Source: a virus (taxonomy: Duplodnaviria; Caudoviricetes). From it: a stretch of DNA of 64,000 nt. Below the pieces are notes generated by a model, which made no database searches, was not told the origin of the DNA, and saw nothing but the letters and a program-made list of their open reading frames with translations. The stretch lies in the IMG/VR virus record IMGVR_UViG_3300031555_001469; one strand, given 5' to 3'. Shown here piece after piece: positions 49,801-58,753 of the stretch (positions are counted from its first letter, which is position 1; the number at the start of each line of letters is the position of its first letter). A program made the position numbers and the translations under genes.

Positions 49801-50835
49801 ATGTATATAGGAATAGATGGTATAGCAAGACTTATATCAAAATTATATATTGGGATCAATGGAATAGCAAGAGAAATAACTAAAATGTATATAGGAGTAG
49901 ATGGATTAGCAAGATTAATATATCAAGCTGGCGTAGCAGCTGGTGAAGTAGTTTTTACTTCATCAAAATCTTGGACTGTGCCAGCAGGAGTTAGTAAAGT
50001 GGACATCTTCTGTGTAGGAGGTGGGGGTGGTGCAGGTGGCTGGTATTTTAGATACAATGAATCTAATAGTGCCGGTAGTTATACAGATACTACAAAAAAT
50101 GGCGGTTCAGGTGGCGGTGGGTATACTACAACAGCATTAGCTGTAGCAGTAACACCTGGCGAAACTCTTACTATTACAGTAGGTGCTGGTGGTGATAGAG
50201 GCGAAAGCTACGAATATTATAAATCATATGGTGAAACTGCACAACATTGGGGGTCCGTAACAAGTTCAGGTGACATTACAGCAGGAGCAACAGGTGGACA
50301 ATCATCTGTTAAAAATAGCAGCGGTACTGTATTATGTAGTGCTAATGGTGGTTCTGGTGGTGCTAAAGCTACGACTGGTACATCATCTGGAGCTTCTTAT
50401 GTATCAGCTGGAGGTGCTGGTGGTTCTGGTGGTGGTACTAGTACTGGTTGTTATTATGTATTTAATGGATCACAGGGAGATATTACAACTCATAGATCTT
50501 GGTTTAGTGCCGGTGGATCTACTGATATTTATAGAGCTGTAGATGGCGAAAGCGGCCCAAGTACTGAATATTATAGTGCATCATCAGATAGCACACCTAA
50601 CGTTTATAGTAAAGGTGGTACAGGCCAGGGCACGACTACAAGATATTTTGCGCAATCTGGAGGTACGTTATATGGCTCTGGAGGTACTCAACCATATGAT
50701 GCTACAAAAGTTTCTATAGGATATGGTCCTTGGGCTAATACAGGACATGGTGGCGGTTACGTATGGTATGATGGTTGGACTGGCGGATCTGCAGGATCTT
50801 CTGGTGTAGTTATCATTAGATGGGCTGCTCAATAA
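49801..50835 (+). CDS. Glycine-rich tail / receptor-binding-like protein
   Basis: Three 14-aa N-terminal repeats (YIGxxGxAR); WTVPAGVSKVDIFCVGGGGG...GSSGVVIIRW Gly-rich domain; late motif at 49764-49776. Confidence 0.65.
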   Translation: MYIGIDGIARLISKLYIGINGIAREITKMYIGVDGLARLIYQAGVAAGEVVFTSSKSWTVPAGVSKVDIFCVGGGGGAGGWYFRYNESNSAGSYTDTTKNGGSGGGGYTTTALAVAVTPGETLTITVGAGGDRGESYEYYKSYGETAQHWGSVTSSGDITAGATGGQSSVKNSSGTVLCSANGGSGGAKATTGTSSGASYVSAGGAGGSGGGTSTGCYYVFNGSQGDITTHRSWFSAGGSTDIYRAVDGESGPSTEYYSASSDSTPNVYSKGGTGQGTTTRYFAQSGGTLYGSGGTQPYDATKVSIGYGPWANTGHGGGYVWYDGWTGGSAGSSGVVIIRWAAQ

Positions 50836-50839
50836 ATAA

Positions 50840-50869
50840 AATCCCTAGTAGAGAAATCTACTAGGGATT
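50840..50869. terminator. Bidirectional terminator, CCTAGTAGA family
   Basis: AATCCCTAGTAGA-GAAA-TCTACTAGGGATT. Confidence 0.75.
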
Positions 50870-50873
50870 AAAA

Positions 50874-53057
50874 TTATTTATATACTACATAAATAGTATC
50901 AGTTGCTAAAGCACTCGAACCAGCAGTTAAATCTGTCGTACCTTTAGTTATCGGTCTTAAATTATAGTCTGAATAATTTGCTGTATGGAGCACAACGTGA
51001 TCTTTATATGTGCCATCAGAAGCTACACATCTATATTGTAATCCATTTTTATCATTAGGCTGATAAGTGTAATTACAAACCAATAAGCCTCTATAAGCAT
51101 TTTCTTGCCCAGGGGTAGTATAAGCTCGTACAGTAGCATGATTAGCATCCGCCAAGAATCTCCCATAGCCACTTTGTACAGCTATATTTCCAGTTAATGT
51201 ACCACCACTCTTAGGTAATGCATAAGTGCTAATGTTTCCAGAGTGCACCATTGTAACATTACCTGTTGTATTACTATTGAAATCTATATGGAATGCTTTA
51301 GATATTGAATTATGCGTAGCAAAGAATCTAATATGATTATCACATACATCAATGTGTACATCTTTATCAAATACATTATTAGTTTCTGGTTTAGCTAATA
51401 CTATCTCTCCACCTTCGCTACCAGAAGCGGCCATTATATAAAGTCCACCAGTAAATGTAGTCTTTCCAGTAACAGTACCACCAGATGTTTTTAAATATGT
51501 GGTAGAAATTTTATTTCCATCACCATCATTTAATGCTCTATTGGCATAGTACCAATTAGCTGGATTTTCTATAGTATGATCTACTGTAGTCATTGGGGTT
51601 ATTGTATAAGACACATCCCAACCACTTCCCCAATCTTCATATTTATTACCCCAATGGCCTATTGTCACATCAGAAATTCTGATATTAGGATAAGACCATT
51701 GAGTATCGGAGTTACCAATCTGAACAACACATTGCCCCCCATTATTTCCAAAATGTACAGGTAAATTACTAATTGCTGAATTAGCAGCAGATCTGCTTAT
51801 GGAATATGCTGATATACATTGCCAAATAACAGAATCTTTACATATATATCCAGCAACAAAATAATCACATGATTTATCTGGTTCAAAATCATATATGGAA
51901 ATTTTGAATTTAATCATAGTATAAGAATAGAATTGAGGTAGAGTAATTGTTAAATATCCAGTAACATTAGCTTCTTTAATAGAATAACTACCGCCTTCTG
52001 GATAAGCAATATATCCATCTTTTCCTACAGCCGGCAATTGAATTTCGCCTGCTGTTTCTTCATCTAAAATTTTAAAATAATTTGCATTTACATCAAATCG
52101 GTATAAGCCAGTATACCCATCTCTCATTAATAAAGATCCGTAAGCTCCAGCTGCATTACCAAACTGAATTCCGGCATCACCGGTTGTTTCAGTTCTAAAT
52201 AATCTCAGCATAATTGGATCTGAATGGGCTATGCGTATAGAACCATTTATTATACCACCTGATAAAGGTAAGCAATACATGTCATAATTACCAGTATCTA
52301 AAATTTCTTCAGCTGTAGAGAAATCACTAGATGCTCGCACTAAATAGCCATTGCTAAATCCGATAGAACCCATAATTTTAGCTTTATTGGCAAAGGCGAG
52401 CATTGAAGTATTATATTCACTAATATCATTAAGCATTAAAGGTATCATAGAAGCAGTTATTGCTTGCGAACCTATCACTTTAACTGCAGAGGAATCAATA
52501 TTATCAATGGCTTCAGTAATAGTACTACCAATTGAACTAATGTCAGTATCTCCTATTTTTGTAATCAATTCTATTAAACTCTTTATAGCTTTAGAAATTG
52601 ATCCAAATAAAGTTTTCATTGTACTTCCGGATGCAACTTCAGCCAAAGTTTCATCCTCAGTAAATTCTACCGTATTTGTACCTATGTCAGAATATTTTTC
52701 GACATAATTAAATAGATCTAAGTTAAATGCTTCTAATACTTGAGGCTCCTCTCCATCCCACCAAAAGTCAGGTGAACCCATATCTCTTATAAGAAAAGTA
52801 TCACCTACTTTGAGTGTAGCAATATTCTCATCAGTTAACCAAGCCTCTAATTCATCTATTGTATCAAAAACACGTATTGTTGTAGCTCCTTGAGCCATCG
52901 ATAATGCCATTTTAGCATTTTGTGAACTTTCCTCCACTTCACTATACAATTTAGTTACATTGCTAGATAATGACTCTAAATTTATTTTGTCTTCTTTAGA
53001 CATTAAACCATCTCTAGCACCTGTAGCAAAAGATCTAGGGAAATTATTATGAAGCAT
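50874..53057 (-). CDS. Tail fibre protein A
   Basis: True start MLHNNFPRSFAT with GGAG RBS; DGLMSKEDK; repeated LPxSGGxxxG fibre motifs; late motif at 53092-53104. Confidence 0.7.
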   Translation of the reverse strand: MLHNNFPRSFATGARDGLMSKEDKINLESLSSNVTKLYSEVEESSQNAKMALSMAQGATTIRVFDTIDELEAWLTDENIATLKVGDTFLIRDMGSPDFWWDGEEPQVLEAFNLDLFNYVEKYSDIGTNTVEFTEDETLAEVASGSTMKTLFGSISKAIKSLIELITKIGDTDISSIGSTITEAIDNIDSSAVKVIGSQAITASMIPLMLNDISEYNTSMLAFANKAKIMGSIGFSNGYLVRASSDFSTAEEILDTGNYDMYCLPLSGGIINGSIRIAHSDPIMLRLFRTETTGDAGIQFGNAAGAYGSLLMRDGYTGLYRFDVNANYFKILDEETAGEIQLPAVGKDGYIAYPEGGSYSIKEANVTGYLTITLPQFYSYTMIKFKISIYDFEPDKSCDYFVAGYICKDSVIWQCISAYSISRSAANSAISNLPVHFGNNGGQCVVQIGNSDTQWSYPNIRISDVTIGHWGNKYEDWGSGWDVSYTITPMTTVDHTIENPANWYYANRALNDGDGNKISTTYLKTSGGTVTGKTTFTGGLYIMAASGSEGGEIVLAKPETNNVFDKDVHIDVCDNHIRFFATHNSISKAFHIDFNSNTTGNVTMVHSGNISTYALPKSGGTLTGNIAVQSGYGRFLADANHATVRAYTTPGQENAYRGLLVCNYTYQPNDKNGLQYRCVASDGTYKDHVVLHTANYSDYNLRPITKGTTDLTAGSSALATDTIYVVYK

Positions 53058-53115
53058 CTTATCAGCTCCTTTCTCTTTAGGGTCTTTAGTATTATTAGGA
53101 TGTTTCCGTAGTAAA

Positions 53116-53144
53116 AGCCAGAGTATCAGAAAGATACTCTGGCT
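53116..53144 (-). terminator. Terminator hairpin, CCAGAGTATC family
   Basis: AGCCAGAGTATC-5 nt-GATACTCTGGCT with a T-tract on the minus strand. Confidence 0.7.
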
Positions 53145-53148
53145 AATT

Positions 53149-54561
53149 TTATTTATCTTTTTCTTCACTTCTACGTTTAAGTTCTTGCCAAGTAATATCT
53201 CCTTTATACTCCAAACTAGGAAGAGAAAGTAACATTTCAAATTCCTCTTCTGGAATAATTTTGAGAGCCCACTCTCTTGAAACGTATAAGTTATACCTAT
53301 TTTCAGGCTCTTTAAGTTCATAGTATTTAGCCCAATAATAAGCATTTGCTAAAGCTCTTGCTTTATGCATTTCACAGATATATGTCGCACGCTTATTAGC
53401 AGTACCATATGTCTGATAATTGTAAGCTGAGCACCATGAGCACCCATCTGCAATAGGGCAATAAAAGCATTCATCAGTACTCTGAGTTTTTCTATCAATA
53501 CAATTTAAGCAATTGATATTACAAGAATAATCTTCGGAAGTACCAATACCTTCATCAACACTACCTATTCTTAAAGGTTTTCTTGAACAACCTAAAGAAC
53601 TTTCCATATATCTAATACAAGGATAAAGATAACCATCTGGGTCACAGGCTAACATAAGGCAGTTACCACCACACCAATTTGTTATATCATCCTCATGTTT
53701 AGGTACAAAAAATTTCTCATCGAAAATGGATAAGAACACATCTTCAACCACATCTTTTTCAATTATATAATCAGCAGCTTGCTTTAACTGATAATATAAT
53801 TCGGTAGCATGGTGTTGTTCCCATCCTTCTTCATACACACAATTAGCATTAATATCTTTATAACCTAATTCAATCATGTGTTTTAAAGCAGAAAATACAT
53901 GCTGTATATTAGCCGGGGCAATAGTGATTTTACTTCCCATATAGTACCCTTTGGACATCCAATCTGTAGCACCAGCAATAGCAATATCATAGCTAGGAGA
54001 TCCATCGTGGAATACTCTACAGCTATCATGCAATTCTTTATTCCCGTCTATTGTAATAGAAAAAGAAATATTGTTTTTATACTTATCTAAGAATTTCTGC
54101 ACTCTTTCGTCAAAGTATAATACACCATTAGAGCAGATAGATATCATAAACTTATCAACCCATGGATGGTTCAATCTAATACATTCACGAAAGAAATAAC
54201 TTACTATCTTATCAATTAACTCTATTTCTAAAAAAGGTTCCCCACCAATAAATTCAATTATAACAGCAGGAGATTTAGAAGGGTTAATATATTCATCAAA
54301 TCCTTTTTCTCCACTAAGCAATAAATCGATAAATTTCTTAGCAGTTTCAAAAGACATTTTTCTTTGGCCTTTGTTAATCTGGTAGCAATAAGTACATGCC
54401 AGATTACAAGCGTCTGTTACCTGAAAAGTAACTGTACGAGATAAAGTAGAATTTGTTGATTTACCAGATTCATCTACTGTAACCAACTCAGGATATAATC
54501 TTGCAATCTTATCCTGATACTGTTCAAATTCTCGCCTGTTTCTTTTTCTCTCTCTAAGCAT
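53149..54561 (-). CDS. Radical SAM/SPASM peptide maturase, CXXX-repeat target family-like
   Basis: TFQVTDACNLACTYCYQ, FIGGEP; full SPASM WCGG...YPCIRY...CFYCPIADGCSWCSAYNY...ICEMH; resembles TIGR04115 as recalled. Confidence 0.88.
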   Translation of the reverse strand: MLRERKRNRREFEQYQDKIARLYPELVTVDESGKSTNSTLSRTVTFQVTDACNLACTYCYQINKGQRKMSFETAKKFIDLLLSGEKGFDEYINPSKSPAVIIEFIGGEPFLEIELIDKIVSYFFRECIRLNHPWVDKFMISICSNGVLYFDERVQKFLDKYKNNISFSITIDGNKELHDSCRVFHDGSPSYDIAIAGATDWMSKGYYMGSKITIAPANIQHVFSALKHMIELGYKDINANCVYEEGWEQHHATELYYQLKQAADYIIEKDVVEDVFLSIFDEKFFVPKHEDDITNWCGGNCLMLACDPDGYLYPCIRYMESSLGCSRKPLRIGSVDEGIGTSEDYSCNINCLNCIDRKTQSTDECFYCPIADGCSWCSAYNYQTYGTANKRATYICEMHKARALANAYYWAKYYELKEPENRYNLYVSREWALKIIPEEEFEMLLSLPSLEYKGDITWQELKRRSEEKDK

Positions 54562-54910
54562 TATGATCATCTCCTGATAATTCAAAGTTATCAAATGCTG
54601 TTCCGATTGTAGAGAATGTTAAAATACCAGAAGTAAAATCCAAGTTCCAATTTGCTACTGCATTAGCCTTCATGATTTCTTCTGGAATATAATTATTAAT
54701 TAATTCGTTCTTTCCTAATTCATAAGCAGCAACTCTTTCATTATACTTCTTATTATAAAGAACAAATGTTTCAGATTCAAGAATAGCAGGGTTATTAGCA
54801 TTATCTGTAATAAGCTCCTTAATAATCCTTGACATTCCTTCAAGTTCGAAAGATAATCTTTCGAGATAATCTACAGTTTCACTATTTACTTTCATAGCAA
54901 AATTTTTCAT
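54554..54910 (-). CDS. CXXX-repeat modification system accessory protein-like
   Basis: Helical protein ending NWNLDFTSGILTF, resembling TIGR04116 as recalled; overlaps the rSAM start; late motif at 54937-54949. Confidence 0.55.
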   Translation of the reverse strand: MKNFAMKVNSETVDYLERLSFELEGMSRIIKELITDNANNPAILESETFVLYNKKYNERVAAYELGKNELINNYIPEEIMKANAVANWNLDFTSGILTFSTIGTAFDNFELSGDDHNA

Positions 54911-54961
54911 AATATAATTCTCCTTTTTATTTTATTTTAATAATAAGTTCGAGGCATAATT

Positions 54962-55912
54962 TTATATAGTTTTACCAGTAGCTCCCCCAAAGCATTGAGA
55001 GGTACAAGAAGTATTACATGTAGAACTACAAGTAGAGCTACAACTACTCTTACAATTTCCAGAACAACTACTTGAACATCCATAACATCCACCATCGCAT
55101 CCAGAGCAACCAGAACATGATCCACCGCATCCAGAGCATCCATAGCAGTCTCCAGAGCATCCGCTACCACAACCACTACTACATCCAGAACAACCAGAAC
55201 ATGAACTACATCCATCACATCCAGAGCAACTAGTACATTGCCATCCACATCCACCAGTACATCCGCCACCGCAAGAAGCACTACAGCCACTACTACAGTT
55301 AGCAGAACCATCTGTTGATCCTGAACATGAACCTGTACAGCTAGTACAACCAGCACCGCATCCACCGCATGAAGAACAACCACTTCCGCATCCAGAGCAT
55401 CCGCCGCATCCACTACTACATCCACCACATCCAGAACATCCACTACATCCAGAGCATGAACCGCAGCCAGAACATCCCTTACAACCGTAAGTACAAGATG
55501 ATCCGCAACCAGAGCAGCCACCACATCCACCACATCCAGAACATCCACTACAACCAGTATTACACATACCATAACATAATCCAGTACATGCACCTCTACA
55601 AGAAGAAGATGAACCTGTTACAGATTCAGCTGCCCATTTATCTAATACACTATTTAAAGTAGCATAGTCGAAACTAGAAGGCAATTTTTCTCCAGCAACG
55701 ACATTTCTTAAATTACCTACGTCTGCTACTTTTAAAATTAAATCAATAGTTTTCTGCCCATGCTCCGCTAAAATTTTGCCGCCGGTAGCAGGACTAGTAG
55801 TAAAATCATAAGTAGCAGCAGTATAACCACTTAGTGAGCCATAATATTGTCTTCTGGCAAACTCAGTTTTTATTTTTGCTTTTATCGCAATTAATTCAGA
55901 CGGAGTCATCAT
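54962..55912 (-). CDS. Cys/Gly/Ser-rich CxxC/CxxxC repeat protein 1 (putative rSAM substrate)
   Basis: About 100-aa N-terminal domain, then about 57 Cys spaced every 3-4 residues; late motif at 55973-55985. Confidence 0.8.
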   Translation of the reverse strand: MMTPSELIAIKAKIKTEFARRQYYGSLSGYTAATYDFTTSPATGGKILAEHGQKTIDLILKVADVGNLRNVVAGEKLPSSFDYATLNSVLDKWAAESVTGSSSSCRGACTGLCYGMCNTGCSGCSGCGGCGGCSGCGSSCTYGCKGCSGCGSCSGCSGCSGCGGCSSGCGGCSGCGSGCSSCGGCGAGCTSCTGSCSGSTDGSANCSSGCSASCGGGCTGGCGWQCTSCSGCDGCSSCSGCSGCSSGCGSGCSGDCYGCSGCGGSCSGCSGCDGGCYGCSSSCSGNCKSSCSSTCSSTCNTSCTSQCFGGATGKTI

Positions 55913-56007
55913 AAGTATTATTTCCTTTCTTCTAATATAGTATTTATAGGATTCTTAAGTAAGTATAACCTATTATTTAAATGTTTCTGTAGCCGATTCA
56001 GAGGTAA

Positions 56008-56038
56008 ATACCAGAGTATCGTAATGATACTCTGGTAT
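56008..56038 (-). terminator. Terminator hairpin, CCAGAGTATC family
   Basis: ATACCAGAGTATC-GTAAT-GATACTCTGGTAT. Confidence 0.65.
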
Positions 56039-56044
56039 ATCCAT

Positions 56045-56866
56045 TTAACTTTTTGTTGATGTTCCATAACACTGTGCAGTACACGTACTATAACAAGTAC
56101 TACTGCAAGTAGTATTACAGCTATTGATACATCCCGATGAACAGCTAGATGAACAGCCTCCTCCGCATCCAGAGCAGCTAGAACATCCGCTTGAACAATC
56201 AGCACATCCATTACACCCGCTACAAGAACTACAATGACCATCACATCCAGCACATAGCCCTTGACAGCCATTTACGCATGTACTATAGCATCCTCCACTA
56301 CACGTACTAGAACACATAGTACAATTAGCTTGACAGGCTCCAGAACATGACATACTACAACTGGTACAACCATTACAGCCAGAACATCCACCTTGACATC
56401 CTACTGAGCATGTATTACCACAAGCTGTATCACATCCACTACATGTACCGCAACCTGTACATCCGTTACAACTATTTTCGCAACCTGAACACCCACTACA
56501 TCCAGAACAAGTAGAACCACAAGTACCTACACATAAGCCAGTACATGCACCTCTACAAGAAGATGTAGCTCCGGTAATTTCTTCAGTTGCTAAAATGTCT
56601 ACATAATTAATTAAAGCTTCATCAAAACCACTCGGTATTAATAAACCAGTCGATACACTAGGTAATCCCTCATGATCTTTTATCTTTAATAGTAATTCAA
56701 TAGTTTTTTGACCATGCTCTGCTCTTATTAATTCTCCTGCAATTGGAGTAAATAAAAAATCATAATTAGCAGACGTATAGCCAGCTAACGATCCATAGTA
56801 TTTTCTTCTAGCAAACTCATCCTTAATTTTACTCTTTAGTGTAATTAGCTGAGCTGCTGATAACAT
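56045..56866 (-). CDS. Cys/Gly/Ser-rich repeat protein 2 (paralog of 54962)
   Basis: Shares EFARRxYYGSL, AEHGQKTI and [11 protein letters not shown] with 54962; about 46 Cys. Confidence 0.8.
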   Translation of the reverse strand: MLSAAQLITLKSKIKDEFARRKYYGSLAGYTSANYDFLFTPIAGELIRAEHGQKTIELLLKIKDHEGLPSVSTGLLIPSGFDEALINYVDILATEEITGATSSCRGACTGLCVGTCGSTCSGCSGCSGCENSCNGCTGCGTCSGCDTACGNTCSVGCQGGCSGCNGCTSCSMSCSGACQANCTMCSSTCSGGCYSTCVNGCQGLCAGCDGHCSSCSGCNGCADCSSGCSSCSGCGGGCSSSCSSGCINSCNTTCSSTCYSTCTAQCYGTSTKS

Positions 56867-56891
56867 AGATCATTTCCTTTCAATTTATTAA

Positions 56892-58511
56892 TTAGGATAC
56901 CATAATAAGTATCTTAACTTTTCCAATATCATCGGTATCTTTATTTTCTAAAGCTTTACCGATAATTGTTCCAGGAATAACAATATTTCTATCCTGAGTT
57001 ATTCCTACACCAGGTACATCTGAAGGGATAATAAGATCACCTTTAGATACAGTACCTTTTACTTTTACATATAATCGTCCTGCTAAACCAACAGGTACGA
57101 ACTTCTTATGGTTATCTTCCATATCTTCTAATTGTTCTCCTCCGACAATATGGCCATAGGAATCAGAATAAACACCAACGACCATAGTATCTCCATAACA
57201 ACTAGATTTAGTTACACCAGATTCTGCCCAAGAGACAATATCTCCCGGTTCAAATTCTTCGTGTATATTCTCTTTCTCAAACCACTCGGCATAGTCGTTC
57301 CAAACTGCGTTGTAAACTTTACTACCAGTGATTGTACCAGAAGCATTAATAGCTCCAGCTTTAAAAGTTACAGAATTTATTGATAAAGTACCACTAGCAG
57401 ATTCAATAATTCTTGATGTATAATCTGCAGTAGAACTACCAAAATGGAAATCAATATATGGTGTAGCTGCAAAAAGCTCCATACATTGACTTTCGAAAGT
57501 AGTACCTTTAATTGTAGCAGCACAATAAAAACTCTTTCCGCCAGATACTTTTACATATGTAGTATCTTCCATAAAAATACCGCCACCATAAGTACTATTG
57601 TACCACCCGTTACTGTATATATTTGCACATTTAACTGGAGCGTTAGCTGCTCCATCTTGAGCCATAAAATTAAATACGCCTGTATTATCCATTAATAACG
57701 AAGCTGCTATAACACCATTCCAATGGAATCCTATAGAAGGAGCATATCCTATTGTAGATTGAGTATTGCCAACTAATCCATTTTCTCTTATAGTTATGGC
57801 AGCATTGTTAAACCTATTTGCAGCTGTAGCTGTATATATACCGGCTGGTTCAAATAATCTTTTTCCGTTCATATTTATATCTCCAGTCATGATACCACCA
57901 GAGAGTTTTAAATATGATTTAGAAATATTACTAACTGCTTCAGATACGGTAGTACCTGAATCACTAACATCAGTAGATCCGACCCTAGCAATTAAACTTA
58001 TTAAATCGCTTACTGCTTTAGAAACAGTAGCAAATAATGTAGTTAATTTACTTCCGCTACTAATTTTTGTTAATTCTGTAGCTTCTGTATAAGCAACCGT
58101 AGTATTGCTCGCATTTCCTGATAAAGTAAGATAGTCACTAAGATCCACTTTTTCTGTTTCAAGAATCTGAAGCTCTTCGCCATCCCACCAATAGTCAGGA
58201 TTGTACATATCTTTGATTAATAAAGTCGTACCTATTTTGAGTCCAGCTTTATTTGTCTCTACTGCTAACCATGCATCTAAATCAGCTTTGGTTTCAAATA
58301 CAATAGCAGATACTTTATCGAGCGCTGTTTGTAACGCTAAATTAGCTAAATCTTTTACTTCTGGAACTTCACCTAAAAGATAATCGATATCAGCCCTATT
58401 TTCAGTAATATTTTTTGGAAATGTGTTATCCACTAAATATTTATCTTCTTTAGACATTAACCCATCTCTTGCAGATGTAGCAAAAGATCTAGGCAAATTA
58501 TTATGAAGCAT
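56892..58511 (-). CDS. Tail fibre protein B with a C-terminal intramolecular chaperone (peptidase G2-like) domain
   Basis: Same N-terminus as fibre A; C-terminal DYAEWF...PGDIV...VGLAGRLYVKV...KGDLI...IIGKALE; late motif at 58556-58568. Confidence 0.7.
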   Translation of the reverse strand: MLHNNLPRSFATSARDGLMSKEDKYLVDNTFPKNITENRADIDYLLGEVPEVKDLANLALQTALDKVSAIVFETKADLDAWLAVETNKAGLKIGTTLLIKDMYNPDYWWDGEELQILETEKVDLSDYLTLSGNASNTTVAYTEATELTKISSGSKLTTLFATVSKAVSDLISLIARVGSTDVSDSGTTVSEAVSNISKSYLKLSGGIMTGDINMNGKRLFEPAGIYTATAANRFNNAAITIRENGLVGNTQSTIGYAPSIGFHWNGVIAASLLMDNTGVFNFMAQDGAANAPVKCANIYSNGWYNSTYGGGIFMEDTTYVKVSGGKSFYCAATIKGTTFESQCMELFAATPYIDFHFGSSTADYTSRIIESASGTLSINSVTFKAGAINASGTITGSKVYNAVWNDYAEWFEKENIHEEFEPGDIVSWAESGVTKSSCYGDTMVVGVYSDSYGHIVGGEQLEDMEDNHKKFVPVGLAGRLYVKVKGTVSKGDLIIPSDVPGVGITQDRNIVIPGTIIGKALENKDTDDIGKVKILIMVS

Positions 58512-58657
58512 ATATTATCATCTCCTTCTTTTTAATTTTATCTAAAAATTAATTATTATAAGGATGTTTTTCCTTAAAAGGTGGATATAGATTAGATATT
58601 ACGGTTTCCACATATTAATAATATTGGGTATTTGCACCAGAAAAGGAGGTAACGGAT

Positions 58658-58753
58658 ATGGAAGAATACATCAATGAATTAGAAGAAGTTGACTTTATGC
58701 CAGACGAAGATTCTGGTGACGATGAAGAAGAGGAGGAAGGAAAGAATGAGTAA
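58658..58753 (+). CDS. 31-aa hyper-acidic peptide coupled to the lysin (absent from the ORF track)
   Basis: AAGGAGG RBS; MEEYINELEEVDFMPDEDSGDDEEEEEGKNE; stop overlaps the lysin start (ATGAGTAA). Confidence 0.6.
   Translation: MEEYINELEEVDFMPDEDSGDDEEEEEGKNE

Noticed and set aside
53058-53345. 96-aa N-terminal extension of tail fibre A in the ORF track
   Set aside because: It overlaps the rSAM gene, a terminator and a promoter; the paralog and RBS support the start at 53057.
54937-56271. Val/Asp-rich alternative ORFs (54937-55593, 55918-56271, 55369-55662)
   Set aside because: Alternative-frame or antisense artefacts of TGT/GGA/TCT repeats.
49801-58511. Diversity-generating retroelement or invertase-based fibre switching
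   Set aside because: No reverse transcriptase, recombinase or template/variable repeat pair seen in the window.
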